DNA of 64,000 nt, from positions 6,987 to 70,986 of the forward strand of contig JACNKA010000060.1 in assembly GCA_014382285.1 (NCBI GenBank), written 5' to 3'. Under the pieces are notes generated by a model. It saw only the letters and a program-made list of their open reading frames with translations, had not been told where the DNA came from and did no database searches. Source of the DNA: Nitrospinota bacterium (GTDB taxonomy: Bacteria > Nitrospinota > Nitrospinia > Nitrospinales > VA-1). Position numbers and translations under genes: made by a program. Of this stretch, positions 37,945 to 48,470 are shown in pieces (position 1 is the first letter of the stretch; each line of letters opens with the position of its first letter).

Positions 37945-39105
37945 ATGAATCCTGGAAATTATTTGTTCACCTCAGAGTCTGTATCCGAAGGACACCCCGA
38001 TAAAATAGCTGATCAGGTTTCCGATGCCATTCTGGATGCCATTCTGGAGCAGGATCCCAAAGCAAGAGTTGCTTGTGAAACAATGATCACTACTGGCTTC
38101 GCTGTAATTGCCGGAGAAATCTCGACCGATTGTTACGTTGAGATTCCTAAAATTGTCAGGAATACAATAAAGAACATCGGATTCACCCACTCCGACATGG
38201 GTTTTGATTTTGAAACCTGCGGCGTGATGGTTGCCTTGGACGAGCAATCCAAAGATATCGCTAAAGGGGTTAACGATGACAAACACGAGCAAGGTGCCGG
38301 CGACCAGGGAATGATGTTCGGCTATGCCAGCGACGAGACCCCGGAGCTAATGCCAGCACCCATTATGTATTCACATAAACTGGTGCGCAAACTTGCGGAG
38401 TTAAGGAAAAAGGGCACCCTTCCCTACTTGAGGCCTGACAGTAAATCTCAAGTCTCAGTCAGGTATGAGAACAACAAGCCTGTCAGCATTGAAACGGTCG
38501 TCATTTCAACCCAACACAACCCCGGTGTCTCCAACAAACAATTACGCTCGGAAGTCACGGAACTCGTGATCGAAAAAGTCATCCCCAAAAGACTGCAACA
38601 TAAAAAAATGAAAGTCCATATCAACCCAACAGGACGCTTTGTTATTGGCGGCCCTCACGGTGATTGTGGTTTAACGGGAAGAAAAATTATTGTCGATACC
38701 TACGGTGGGTTCGCCCGGCATGGTGGAGGTGCATTTTCCGGTAAAGATCCGTCCAAGGTTGATCGCTCTGCCGCTTATATGGCTCGATATATCGCTAAAA
38801 ACCTGGTTGCGGCCAAAGTGGCTCAACGGTGCGAAGTTCAGCTTGCCTACGCCATTGGAGTTGCCGACCCTGTTTCCATTTGTGTAGAAACTTTTGGAAC
38901 ACATAACGTTAACCCGGATATTCTCGAAGATCTGGTCCGGTCCCATTTCAACCTCAAGCCCGCAGGCATCGTTAAAACTCTGGATCTTATGAAACCTCGT
39001 TATCTGGCAACTGCGGCTTATGGGCATTTTGGCAGAAAAGAAGATTCCTTCACCTGGGAAAAAACAGATAAAGCCAAAGCCATTAAAAAGGATGCGGGAT
39101 TATAA
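37945..39105 (+). CDS. metK: S-adenosylmethionine synthetase
   Basis: [43 protein letters not shown]. Confidence 0.98.
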   Translation: MNPGNYLFTSESVSEGHPDKIADQVSDAILDAILEQDPKARVACETMITTGFAVIAGEISTDCYVEIPKIVRNTIKNIGFTHSDMGFDFETCGVMVALDEQSKDIAKGVNDDKHEQGAGDQGMMFGYASDETPELMPAPIMYSHKLVRKLAELRKKGTLPYLRPDSKSQVSVRYENNKPVSIETVVISTQHNPGVSNKQLRSEVTELVIEKVIPKRLQHKKMKVHINPTGRFVIGGPHGDCGLTGRKIIVDTYGGFARHGGGAFSGKDPSKVDRSAAYMARYIAKNLVAAKVAQRCEVQLAYAIGVADPVSICVETFGTHNVNPDILEDLVRSHFNLKPAGIVKTLDLMKPRYLATAAYGHFGRKEDSFTWEKTDKAKAIKKDAGL

Positions 39106-39141
39106 AAGGAAGGAAGCGGTTTTGCTAGGGGGTGTCGCCAG

Positions 39142-39528
39142 TTAGGCTGCGCCCCCAAAAACCACTTGTTTAATTTTGTTGCTTAATTTTTCCGGTTCAA
39201 CAGGCTTTACCAGATATTCCTTGATACCAGCCTGCACAGCCTCAATAACTTTATCACGCTCTTTTTCGGCAGTGATCAACAAGAAGGGAATTTCATTCCA
39301 TTTCCGGTTTTTACTCAGAGCCCTGAAAAAGTCAAGACCATCCATCTTGGGCATATGCCAGTCAGAAATAATGAGGTCAAAGGACTTTCTCTCAAGTTCC
39401 TCTAACGCCAACTCTCCATCTGCACTCAAAACAACATTCGTATAACCCAGTTTCTTCAAAGTCCGGCGCAGGAACAATCGGGTTGTCAAAAGATCTTCGA
39501 CTATTAAAATATTAATGTCATAATTCAT
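39142..39528 (-). CDS. Single-domain CheY-like response regulator
   Basis: ILIVED, SDWHMPKMDG, ITAE, YLVKP. Confidence 0.9.
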   Translation of the reverse strand: MNYDINILIVEDLLTTRLFLRRTLKKLGYTNVVLSADGELALEELERKSFDLIISDWHMPKMDGLDFFRALSKNRKWNEIPFLLITAEKERDKVIEAVQAGIKEYLVKPVEPEKLSNKIKQVVFGGAA

Positions 39529-39676
39529 AGAAGACTCATGGAATTCTTAAGGTATAACACAAGCATGATAACATTCTTTATTAGGTTTACTTTAACATAA
39601 GCCAGAATGCAAGGCAAACTTCTTGTTTTTAAAGATTATTTGACCAACCGACCCTGTTTTTAAGGAACCCCTATTC

Positions 39677-40711
39677 TTGCAAAACAATAAAATCCGCATT
39701 GGAATTATTGGTGCTGGGCAGAATACAAAAAAAATACATCTACCCAAATTACAAGCTCTGCCTGATGTGGAGATACTGGAAGTCGCCAACCGAAGCATCG
39801 AATCCGCTAAAGTTGCCGCCGATGAATTTGGCGTACCTATAATTCGAGAACCCTGGCAAGAAGTAGCCACCTCTGCTGATCTGGATGCAATCGTCATAGG
39901 AACCTGGCCTAACCTTCACTGTCCCGCCACCTGCCTGGCACTTGAATCCGGAAAGCATGTCCTGTGCGAAGCGCGTATGGCCATGAATCACACCGAAGCC
40001 AGAAAAATGTTTGATACCTCCAGTGATCATCCCGATCTTGTCGCGCAACTGGTTCCCGCTCCTTTTTCTCTACATGCCGATACCCTGATGGCCAATAGAG
40101 TTGGCGATTTGGGAAGAATCTTATTTTTTCATGTGGACTATCAATCTCTTGCAGTGCCACAAAAGACTTTGCACTGGAGGAGGAATGTGAAGCTCAGCGG
40201 CATGAACATCATGACGTTGGGAATCATATATGAAAGCCTGTTGCGCTGGTTGCCTGCCGCTCAATGGGTCAAGGCAGAAGCCCGCATTTTCAACGATACT
40301 GCCATCGACCCTGAAACCGGCAAACCCATGAAAATAGAAATCCCCGACTATCTTTCGGTGCAAATGAGTTTACAGGGAGGCATTCCCGGAACTATTTTGA
40401 TCAGCGAAATCGGCTCTCATGCGAGCAAACCCACTGTAAAAATCGTTGGAGAAAAAGGAACTCTAATTCTGGAGTTTGTTCCTGAAGGCAGATTATATTT
40501 TGCTCACCACGATCAAACTGAGGAAGTTCCCATCCCAAACAACTTGCGCGGGAGCTGGAAAGTCGAAGAAGAGTTCGTCAATGCAATCAGAAACAAAATT
40601 CCTTTCACCCACACCTCGTTTGCAACAGGAGTGGAATACATGCGCTTCACAGAAGCGGTTTACCGCAGTTATAGAAACAACGGCACACGGGTGCCGTTGT
40701 CTGATACCTGA
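39677..40711 (+). CDS. Gfo/Idh/MocA family oxidoreductase
   Basis: IGIIGAG Rossmann motif; GKHVLCEARMA. Confidence 0.9.
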   Translation: MQNNKIRIGIIGAGQNTKKIHLPKLQALPDVEILEVANRSIESAKVAADEFGVPIIREPWQEVATSADLDAIVIGTWPNLHCPATCLALESGKHVLCEARMAMNHTEARKMFDTSSDHPDLVAQLVPAPFSLHADTLMANRVGDLGRILFFHVDYQSLAVPQKTLHWRRNVKLSGMNIMTLGIIYESLLRWLPAAQWVKAEARIFNDTAIDPETGKPMKIEIPDYLSVQMSLQGGIPGTILISEIGSHASKPTVKIVGEKGTLILEFVPEGRLYFAHHDQTEEVPIPNNLRGSWKVEEEFVNAIRNKIPFTHTSFATGVEYMRFTEAVYRSYRNNGTRVPLSDT

Positions 40712-40742
40712 CTTTGCATGCCCAGCAGGAAATCTTACCTCA

Positions 40743-41480
40743 CTAAGGTGCCAATCTTGCGGTTGCTAAAAAAGCACTTCCAGCATAGACCTCCTCAATA
40801 TGCTGAACCGAGAAACCCGCCTCGGTCATTTCCTGGGAAAACTCATCGCGAGTATAAGCCTTCCACTCCCCCGATCTGAGTTGCTTTTGAATAAACCGAA
40901 GGCCTATAGCCTTAGTGAAAGGATACACCAGAGTCTGTTTAATGAGGCTCGCTAAAAATCCATGGCGATTCCTGACCAACTGGATACTTTCTTCAATGAT
41001 CGAATCGGCATCATAATCAACGGAGGGGTTTGCTAGAATGAGCAACCCATCAGGTTTTATGAGGCTCTTCAAATTCGCTAAAGCCTCCTGCCTTTTTTCA
41101 CTGGTCGCAAGGGTATAAAGTGAAAAATGCCCCACAACCACATCAAACTTTTGTCCAGCCAATGACGATGTTAAATCGGACTGAAAACAGGAAACCCGAT
41201 CAGCAACCCCCAGTTCTCGGGCGCGAAGTAACGCCTGTGCCACTCCCGTTTTCAGGATATCTATTCCGGTATAAGCCATGCCTTCCCGAATACGTCCTGC
41301 AAGAAATTGTAAAAGAAGCCCCGAACCACAACCCGCATCCAGCAGATTCAAGGACTGTCTATCTGGTAAAACGGCAACCACTCGCCGCATCGACTCAAAA
41401 TAGGATTCCGGCGACAATCGATCATAGAGCCGTGACTGAAACCCCACCGACCAATAGTTCGTGCTGTAAAATTTATTCAT
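40743..41480 (-). CDS. Class I SAM-dependent methyltransferase
   Basis: LLDAGCGSG, FDVV, LIKPDG. Confidence 0.88.
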   Translation of the reverse strand: MNKFYSTNYWSVGFQSRLYDRLSPESYFESMRRVVAVLPDRQSLNLLDAGCGSGLLLQFLAGRIREGMAYTGIDILKTGVAQALLRARELGVADRVSCFQSDLTSSLAGQKFDVVVGHFSLYTLATSEKRQEALANLKSLIKPDGLLILANPSVDYDADSIIEESIQLVRNRHGFLASLIKQTLVYPFTKAIGLRFIQKQLRSGEWKAYTRDEFSQEMTEAGFSVQHIEEVYAGSAFLATARLAP

Positions 41481-41568
41481 GTAATTCCTGATAATTAAAA
41501 ATTCAATCGCTTGTCAGCTACCCGGCAAACGAATATAATTACCCTTGCAACTTATAAGGAGTGTCCAG

Positions 41569-42006
41569 ATGGCCAAAAAACCGTTTATCAATAAACATGG
41601 ATTTGTCGAATACCCGTTTCTTCATGACACTCGCAAACAAAAGAACTGGTGGTTTTATAACCTGATGGAGGACCATCTCAAGCGCCGAGCCAGGCAACGA
41701 GTCGGGCCTAATTATACCCGAGACCAATGCGAGGATGATTTCAAAAGAATCCTGGCCGAAACCAATCTTAAATTTTACGTCTTGCTTCCTTCAGGAATGG
41801 GTATGGAGTTCAAACTGATTGGAAAATATAAAACCCCTGAACTCATCGAAATTGAAGACCCGGTTCCCTATATAACCGAAAAATATGGTGGCGGAAAATT
41901 CAAGGTCAATATCTACCACGAAGGCACCTTCTGTGGAACAGAAAATTACAAAGCCCACGGCGATCCTAAATGGGTCGAAATTGAAGATGACAACCCAACA
42001 GGCTGA
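41569..42006 (+). CDS. Hypothetical protein
   Basis: AAGGAG RBS before ATG 41569; fills the gap between neighbours. Confidence 0.8.
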   Translation: MAKKPFINKHGFVEYPFLHDTRKQKNWWFYNLMEDHLKRRARQRVGPNYTRDQCEDDFKRILAETNLKFYVLLPSGMGMEFKLIGKYKTPELIEIEDPVPYITEKYGGGKFKVNIYHEGTFCGTENYKAHGDPKWVEIEDDNPTG

Positions 42007-42028
42007 ATAATTTCCCAGCAACGTACTC

Positions 42029-42289
42029 ATGGATACAATCAAACTTATCTATTTCAGTGGTTGTCCGAATTATGTGGCGGTAAAAAAACTTTTATTAAAT
42101 TTAGGCTGTGACTTTGAAGAAATAAACCAGAGCAAACTCCCTGAAAAACATCCGCTCAAATGTTACACATCACCTGCAATTTTAAAAAATGGGGAATTAA
42201 TTATCGGCGAGAAAATGGATTCTATCGCAGGAGGTTGCACTATTCAATTACCCAGCGAAGAGGATTTCGCCCGATCGCTAAAAAGATAG
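42029..42289 (+). CDS. Small thioredoxin/glutaredoxin-like protein
   Basis: IKLIYFSGCPN and YTSPAILKNG (cis-Pro loop). Confidence 0.65.
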   Translation: MDTIKLIYFSGCPNYVAVKKLLLNLGCDFEEINQSKLPEKHPLKCYTSPAILKNGELIIGEKMDSIAGGCTIQLPSEEDFARSLKR

Positions 42290-42321
42290 AACCTGCCGAC
42301 AAATAAATTTTCAGAGGGAAA

Positions 42322-42738
42322 TCAATCCAGTTCTTCTTCTGGATTGCGAGGTTTCTGAATAGTGGGGACACTGAATTTGAGGCTCGCTGGCAAGGTGGAG
42401 GCCTTTTTCCCATAGGCGATGTTTCCGCTTTCACCCTCCAGTCCAATATAGATATTATCGTTTTTGACCTTCACCGGATACGTAGGGATAAACAGTTCCG
42501 GGTTCTGCATATTTGCCCCATTTTCCAGTTTAAAGCGCCATTCATGATTCGGGCAGATGACAATACCCTCTTCAATACGCCCCTCTCCTAAAGGAGAACC
42601 TCTATGCGGGCACTTGTTTGCAACAGCATAATATTTTCCTTTATAGTTAAAAAGAGCAATCTCCGCATCGCCCGCCGATATGATCGCGGACTTGCCAATA
42701 GGAAGATCTTCTTCGCTCATAATCTTGACGTATTTCAT
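42322..42738 (-). CDS. Rieske [2Fe-2S] ferredoxin (NirD-like fold)
   Basis: CPH...CPNH Rieske ligands. Confidence 0.9.
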   Translation of the reverse strand: MKYVKIMSEEDLPIGKSAIISAGDAEIALFNYKGKYYAVANKCPHRGSPLGEGRIEEGIVICPNHEWRFKLENGANMQNPELFIPTYPVKVKNDNIYIGLEGESGNIAYGKKASTLPASLKFSVPTIQKPRNPEEELD

Positions 42739-42744
42739 AAGGTT

Positions 42745-44127
42745 TTAGCTTTCTTTTTTTGGTTCTTCTTTTGGTTCTTCGCCTTCTTTATAATACTCAA
42801 TCTCACAGTTTGCGTAGATGAAGTTCATGGTTTTTTGCCCTAACAATTTGATCGTTGTCTGGCCCAGCGAGTCCGGGTTGGACATGATCCGCTTTTGGAC
42901 TTCTTCTACCTTCTGCTTCGTCTGTTTAGCCAACAGTTCATATTCACCTTCCATATCCTGCTGAGTCAAATGGATATTTTCGGCAGCAGCAATGGATTCC
43001 AGCATCATATAACCGGTGGTGTTAAAGACTGCTTTTTCTCTCCATTCCTTCATCGCTTTTTCAGGTTCAAATCCAGAGTCCTCCGGCTTCATTCCTGACT
43101 GGGCAATTTGAAATTTCATACCTTCTATCATGAATTTCAATTCCCGCTCTATCACCGATTCCGGAGGTTCCATCTCGGCATCTTTGACAAGCATGTTAAA
43201 AATATCCTCTTTAATCTTTAATTCTTCATGCTGTTCTTTATGGTTTTGCAGGTCAATCTTGATAGCTCGACGAAGATCGGCAACGGTGTCAAATCCTTCG
43301 CGCTGGGCAATTTCATCGGTCAACTCCGGCAGGTGGAGTGTTCTTATTTTTTTAATTTTAACTTTAAAGACAGCACGATCATCTTCCTGCTTTTCGTCAG
43401 GAGCCCCCGGAATAGGAAAACTGATCCGACGCATTTTCTGATTCCAGTCAGCAGGAAGGACAGCCGACACCTCAAACTCTTCATCCTGAACATGTCCTAT
43501 CAACTGATCCTCGAAACCGGGAATCATTTTCTTTTCACCCACCCGCATTTCATGATCACTGGCACTGCCATTTTCCAGCGGTAGGCCATTCATAGTCCCT
43601 TCAAAATCCAAAGTCAGGATGTCCCCATCCTTAACCGCATAACCTGCAGGCATATCTTCTAGTGAACCTTGACGGCTGAGAACCTTCACCAGCGTTTCTT
43701 CAACTTCCTCATCCTTAACAGTGGCTTCTTTCTTTTTAAATTTAAGCCCCTTATAATTTTTAACTTTTATATCCGGTTTGATATCGAGAATCACAGCAAA
43801 CTTCAAAGGCTCGTCCCGTTTAATATCCTGCATTCCGGAGTGATCGATTTCCGGCTGGCCTGTGGGTCTGAGTCCCGTTTTCTGAAGAGCCTGTTCATAA
43901 TATTCCTGCATCAACTCCTGAAACATCTCGGTCATAGACTGCATGGGAACCTGTTTCTCAAGTATTTTTTGAGGAATTTTCCCCGGTCGAAACCCCGGAA
44001 TCTTGACCTGTTTGTTCAACACTTTATAAGCATCGCCCACCCTCTTCGACACCACATCTCCCGGGACCGTGATATGAATCTTTCGCTTCAAGCCTTCTAG
44101 TTCTTCAACATCAAATTCCATTTTCAA
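42745..44127 (-). CDS. tig: Trigger factor
   Basis: IPGFRPGKIP; FKBP domain DFEG and MIPGFEDQLIG. Confidence 0.96.
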   Translation of the reverse strand: MKMEFDVEELEGLKRKIHITVPGDVVSKRVGDAYKVLNKQVKIPGFRPGKIPQKILEKQVPMQSMTEMFQELMQEYYEQALQKTGLRPTGQPEIDHSGMQDIKRDEPLKFAVILDIKPDIKVKNYKGLKFKKKEATVKDEEVEETLVKVLSRQGSLEDMPAGYAVKDGDILTLDFEGTMNGLPLENGSASDHEMRVGEKKMIPGFEDQLIGHVQDEEFEVSAVLPADWNQKMRRISFPIPGAPDEKQEDDRAVFKVKIKKIRTLHLPELTDEIAQREGFDTVADLRRAIKIDLQNHKEQHEELKIKEDIFNMLVKDAEMEPPESVIERELKFMIEGMKFQIAQSGMKPEDSGFEPEKAMKEWREKAVFNTTGYMMLESIAAAENIHLTQQDMEGEYELLAKQTKQKVEEVQKRIMSNPDSLGQTTIKLLGQKTMNFIYANCEIEYYKEGEEPKEEPKKES

Positions 44128-44229
44128 ACCTTTCCACAGGGCTTGGCCGGCGAATCGCCGGTGATAATAAGAAAAAACTCGTTATTGTTCTAAAAATGTG
44201 TTCGATTCAACAAGTCATTATCCCGTTGC

Positions 44230-45372
44230 CTACACAGGTAGCGGGAATTTTTCCAGAATCATTTGGTCGATTTCTTTTTTCAACTGATCCAGAATCTCGT
44301 CATAGGAATAAGATCCCAGAGTTTCTGTTCCTTTTTTCAGGTTCACGCGTGTGGGGCCGCACCACAAACCCAGATCCGCATCATCAGTTTCACCTGGACC
44401 GTTCACCCGACACCCCATCACCGCTATGGTCAGCTTATACTTCTCAGCATATTCTGTCATTTTCCGCACATCCTGGGCCAGATCGACAAACTTGTCATTC
44501 TCCACTCGGGAACAACTGGGGCAAGCGATGATATTCAAGCCCTCAAGAAAATTCTCGGGGACAGACCGAAAGCGGCCCTCCGCAATATCTTTCAAGATTT
44601 CTCGGCCTTCCACAATTTCCTGCCCTTTATCCTCGTTCGGTAAAGTCAGGGAAACGCGAATCGTATCGCCAATCCCGGCTGAGATCAACTGTTCAAAAGC
44701 GATGCGAGTTTTAATGATGCCTTCAGGCGGAAGTCCCGCCTCAGTAACCCCCAGATGCAAAGGAACATCTGGACGTTCCTGAGAGAATCTCCGGTTCGCG
44801 TCGATCACCTTCTGGGATTCAGAATCCTTGAGTGAAACACAATAATTCACAAAACCCATCTCATCAAGCATCTGGCAATGATCGACTGCAGACCGAACCA
44901 TCGCCTCTACCGAATCACCTTTATAACGTTCCTTGTAGTCCGGGTCCACCGAGCCGCAATTGACACCGATTCGAATGGCACAATCGTTTGCTTTCGCTGC
45001 GTTGACAATGAACTCCACTTTTTCACGGATGCTCTTATCTTTTTCCAAATGGAACAAATGTCCAGGGTTATAGCGAATCTTATCTACAAAGGGCGCAACA
45101 ATGGGTGCCAGCTTATAATTTTCCTGAAGGTCCACCGACCACACACTTTCGGGGAACTGTTGACGCAGGACTCTGAGAGCCTCCACATCCTTTTCGTTAT
45201 CCACAGCTATACGAATGACATCAGCATGAGCTGCTTCCAAAATCTCTATCTGTCTGGCCGTGGCTTCCAGGTTCTGGGTCTGGGTCGCCGCCATGCTCTG
45301 CACCGCAATAGGCGAATCGCCGCCAATCACAAGTTTTCCAATACGTATTTTTCGTGTTCGTCTCGATACCAT
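44230..45372 (-). CDS. ispG: HMBPP synthase
   Basis: [52 protein letters not shown]. Confidence 0.96.
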   Translation of the reverse strand: MVSRRTRKIRIGKLVIGGDSPIAVQSMAATQTQNLEATARQIEILEAAHADVIRIAVDNEKDVEALRVLRQQFPESVWSVDLQENYKLAPIVAPFVDKIRYNPGHLFHLEKDKSIREKVEFIVNAAKANDCAIRIGVNCGSVDPDYKERYKGDSVEAMVRSAVDHCQMLDEMGFVNYCVSLKDSESQKVIDANRRFSQERPDVPLHLGVTEAGLPPEGIIKTRIAFEQLISAGIGDTIRVSLTLPNEDKGQEIVEGREILKDIAEGRFRSVPENFLEGLNIIACPSCSRVENDKFVDLAQDVRKMTEYAEKYKLTIAVMGCRVNGPGETDDADLGLWCGPTRVNLKKGTETLGSYSYDEILDQLKKEIDQMILEKFPLPV

Positions 45373-45457
45373 AAAGTTTGCATTCCTGTAGGGATAGATC
45401 AAAGATAAAGATTAACAAATAAAGGGTTCCAGAACAAGGAGGCTCTTGCCCTAAAAG

Positions 45458-46486
45458 TTATTTCACCTTGATATTTTCCTGATTATGAGTGCGGTCCAGA
45501 GGGAAGGGGTTGTCCGTATTGTCAAAATCCGGCAGATTATGCAGGGTCGCTTCCAGGGATTGCAGATACAAATTCTCGAACCCGAGTTCTCGAGCCATAC
45601 CGATGGCTGTTTCATACTCCATCGGGCTGATCTCCCGGTTCAAAGGAGAGGTGACTTTATGAACCGGGCGGTACTGACTCATCAAACTCAAAGGCACACC
45701 AGGCGACAGCTCCAGAGCGATAAAACACAAAGTCTCCCAGGTACCAGCGAGATTTTCAGGCAATAACAAATGCCGAACCAATAGACCGCTTTCAGCCAGC
45801 CCATCTTCACCCACACTCAAGGAGCCAACCTGTCTATACATTTCCAACACCGCCTGACGGGAAAACTCCGGATATTCTTTAATATGGGATAACTCCCTAG
45901 CCGTAGCAGAATGAGAATATTTCAAATCCGGCAGATAAACATCCACCACTCCGTCCAGAAGTTTTAAAGTATCGAGAGCATCGTAAGCATTGGTGTTATA
46001 GATGATGGGAGTTTTAAGCCCCATTTCACGGGCAAGCGACAGGCTTTTTAATAACCCCGGAACTACATGGGAAGGGGAAACCCAGCCGATGAAATGCACC
46101 CCCTCCTCTTGCAAACGAATCATCTGTTCGGCAATGTTTCGATAAGACAGGCTCACATCAGCAAGGCCAGCCCCCTCTTCCCAGTTCTGGGCTTCCCAGT
46201 TCTGGGAAATCTGAAAATTCTGGCAATAATCGCAACGCATATTGCACGCTGTGACAAACAGGTTGCCCACCCCACCCTTCCCGACCAGAGGGGGTTCCTC
46301 ACCAAAATGCCGAACACTCGATGAAACCCTTAAAACATCCGTTTGACCACAATACCCAGTCTGGCCCTGAGTGCGGTCCACCTCACAGGCATGCGGACAG
46401 ACCCGGCATTCCCGGTAAATTTCATAGGCCTGTTGGGCTCTCGACTGCAAATCAGACCGGCTCAACTCAAGATAACGCGCAGACAT
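45458..46486 (-). CDS. Radical SAM protein, PflX-like
   Basis: CxxCPHxC, HFGEEP, CNMRCDYCQN, VYLPDLKY, LVRHLLLP. Confidence 0.88.
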   Translation of the reverse strand: MSARYLELSRSDLQSRAQQAYEIYRECRVCPHACEVDRTQGQTGYCGQTDVLRVSSSVRHFGEEPPLVGKGGVGNLFVTACNMRCDYCQNFQISQNWEAQNWEEGAGLADVSLSYRNIAEQMIRLQEEGVHFIGWVSPSHVVPGLLKSLSLAREMGLKTPIIYNTNAYDALDTLKLLDGVVDVYLPDLKYSHSATARELSHIKEYPEFSRQAVLEMYRQVGSLSVGEDGLAESGLLVRHLLLPENLAGTWETLCFIALELSPGVPLSLMSQYRPVHKVTSPLNREISPMEYETAIGMARELGFENLYLQSLEATLHNLPDFDNTDNPFPLDRTHNQENIKVK

Positions 46487-46580
46487 TTCAGTTAACTCTC
46501 ACTTTGATAAACCTGTTTCCCCTGGAAGCCACATGAATGTTAATATAAAATAAACTAAATCGCCTCTAACTCTATTAAAC

Positions 46581-48443
46581 ATGAAAACTTTTCTCTCAGC
46601 TACCCTCCTCATACTGCTCCTGACCCAACAAGCTTGGGCAGGCCCTCAGCATGGGCTTTCATTATATAGTCCCGATGACCTGAAATACAAACCCGGACAG
46701 AATTATGACTACGCCAACCCCAACGCCCCCAAAGGCGGCAATCTGGTGCTATCGGATTTCGGCGCATTCACCAAGTTGAACCCGGCCTCTCTCAAGGGTG
46801 TGACCGCTCCTGGTATTGGGCAATTGGTGTTTCAAACTCCTATGGACAGTTCCGCCGACGATGACGAACCTTTTTCGCAATACGGCAGTCTTGCAGAAAA
46901 AGTCGAGCTTGCCGAAGACCGGCTTTCCATGACTTACACCATCTATAAACAGGCAAAATTTTCGGATGGGCATCCCCTGACAGCCGATGATTTTATTTTC
47001 TCATTCAACCTCATTAAAGACCCGGAATACCACCCCATATATAAAGAGTATTTCAAGGATATCAAGTCCGTTGAAAAAATTGATGCACATACCGTCCGTT
47101 ACCACTTCGCCGTTTACAATCAGGAACTGCCTTTGATAACCGGACAGATGTTGATTTTCCCAAAACATATTTATGGCGCCAAGGGAAAATCTTTCGGTGC
47201 AGATTTCGATGGCATCGCAGTCGCCAGTGGACCTTACGACGTTGAAAAATACGAATACGGCAAATACATCACATTCAAACGCAACCCAAACTGGTGGGGC
47301 AAGGACATTCCCATCAATCGTGGACGTTATAATTTTGATCGCGTTACCTACAAAATTTACCTCGACCCGGTTGCCCAACGGGAAGCCTTCAAGGGCGGCG
47401 AGTTTGACATGCAACTGATCAACAGTTCCCGCGACTGGGCATTGGACTACAAGGGTGATTTTGTCAAAAAGGGATACTACATCCGTGGCGAGTTTGCCCA
47501 CACCCGCGTTGCAGGAATGCAGGGATTCGCCATGAATATGAGAAATGAATTCTTCAAATCGCGCAAGGTTCGCGCCGCCATAGCCATGGCCTTCGACTTT
47601 GAATGGAGCAATAAGAATTTATTCTACGGACAGTACACACGAATCGAATGTTATTTCGATAATAACCCTGAAATGAAGGCGCAAGGAGTCCCTCAGGGTG
47701 AGGTCAAAGCCCTTCTTCTTAAATTACGTGAAAAACATAAAAGTCATGTTCCTAAAACGGCTCTCACCAAGCCTGTGGGTGCACCGGGGCAAGGCCAATC
47801 GGCCAGCAAAAATATTCAGGTCGCCAATGCCCTGCTTGATTCCGCCGGATGGAAAATCGGTGCCGATGGCATTCGCACAAAAGGTAAACAGCGATTGCAG
47901 TTTGGACTGCTCTTGGCAGGTCCCGGTTTTCAACGTATCGCCGAACCCTATAAGAATAATTTAAAAAAGATCGGTGTCCAACTGGACATCAAGGTCGTGC
48001 AGGTCGCCGAATACGAAGAACGTCTGCGGAGTTTCAAGTTCGGCATGATCGTGGCGAACTATCCGCAAAGCCGATCTCCGGGCAACGAACAACGCTATAT
48101 GTGGGGAAGCGAATCGGCAGACACTCCGGGGACAAGAAATTATATGGGCATTAAAAATCCCGCTCTCGATGAATTGATCGAGGGGATCATCAAAGCAAAA
48201 ACCCGTTCTGAGCTAGTCGTCCGGATTCATGCTCTCGACCGGATTCTTGCACATCAGTTTTATATGGTTCCACACTGGTATATTGCCTATGATCGGGCGG
48301 TCTACTGGAACAAGTTCAGCCGACCCAAAATAAATCCATCGCAAAGTAATATTGCCAACAACCTGCTTGAGTGGTGGTGGTGGGATGAGCAAAAAGCTCA
48401 AAAGCTGAAGAAAGCCAGAGCGCAAGGAAAGTCTCTCCAATAA
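46581..48443 (+). CDS. yejA: YejA-like peptide ABC transporter substrate-binding protein
   Basis: YANPNAPKGG, FSDGHPLTADD, GRYNFD, SPGNEQ. Confidence 0.85.
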   Translation: MKTFLSATLLILLLTQQAWAGPQHGLSLYSPDDLKYKPGQNYDYANPNAPKGGNLVLSDFGAFTKLNPASLKGVTAPGIGQLVFQTPMDSSADDDEPFSQYGSLAEKVELAEDRLSMTYTIYKQAKFSDGHPLTADDFIFSFNLIKDPEYHPIYKEYFKDIKSVEKIDAHTVRYHFAVYNQELPLITGQMLIFPKHIYGAKGKSFGADFDGIAVASGPYDVEKYEYGKYITFKRNPNWWGKDIPINRGRYNFDRVTYKIYLDPVAQREAFKGGEFDMQLINSSRDWALDYKGDFVKKGYYIRGEFAHTRVAGMQGFAMNMRNEFFKSRKVRAAIAMAFDFEWSNKNLFYGQYTRIECYFDNNPEMKAQGVPQGEVKALLLKLREKHKSHVPKTALTKPVGAPGQGQSASKNIQVANALLDSAGWKIGADGIRTKGKQRLQFGLLLAGPGFQRIAEPYKNNLKKIGVQLDIKVVQVAEYEERLRSFKFGMIVANYPQSRSPGNEQRYMWGSESADTPGTRNYMGIKNPALDELIEGIIKAKTRSELVVRIHALDRILAHQFYMVPHWYIAYDRAVYWNKFSRPKINPSQSNIANNLLEWWWWDEQKAQKLKKARAQGKSLQ

Positions 48444-48470
48444 AAATCATGCGTCCCTTAAAATAGTTCT

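Noticed and set aside
44128..44229. tRNA often found upstream of tig
   Set aside because: Only a small CCGGCGA-A-TCGCCGG palindrome; no cloverleaf or T-loop.
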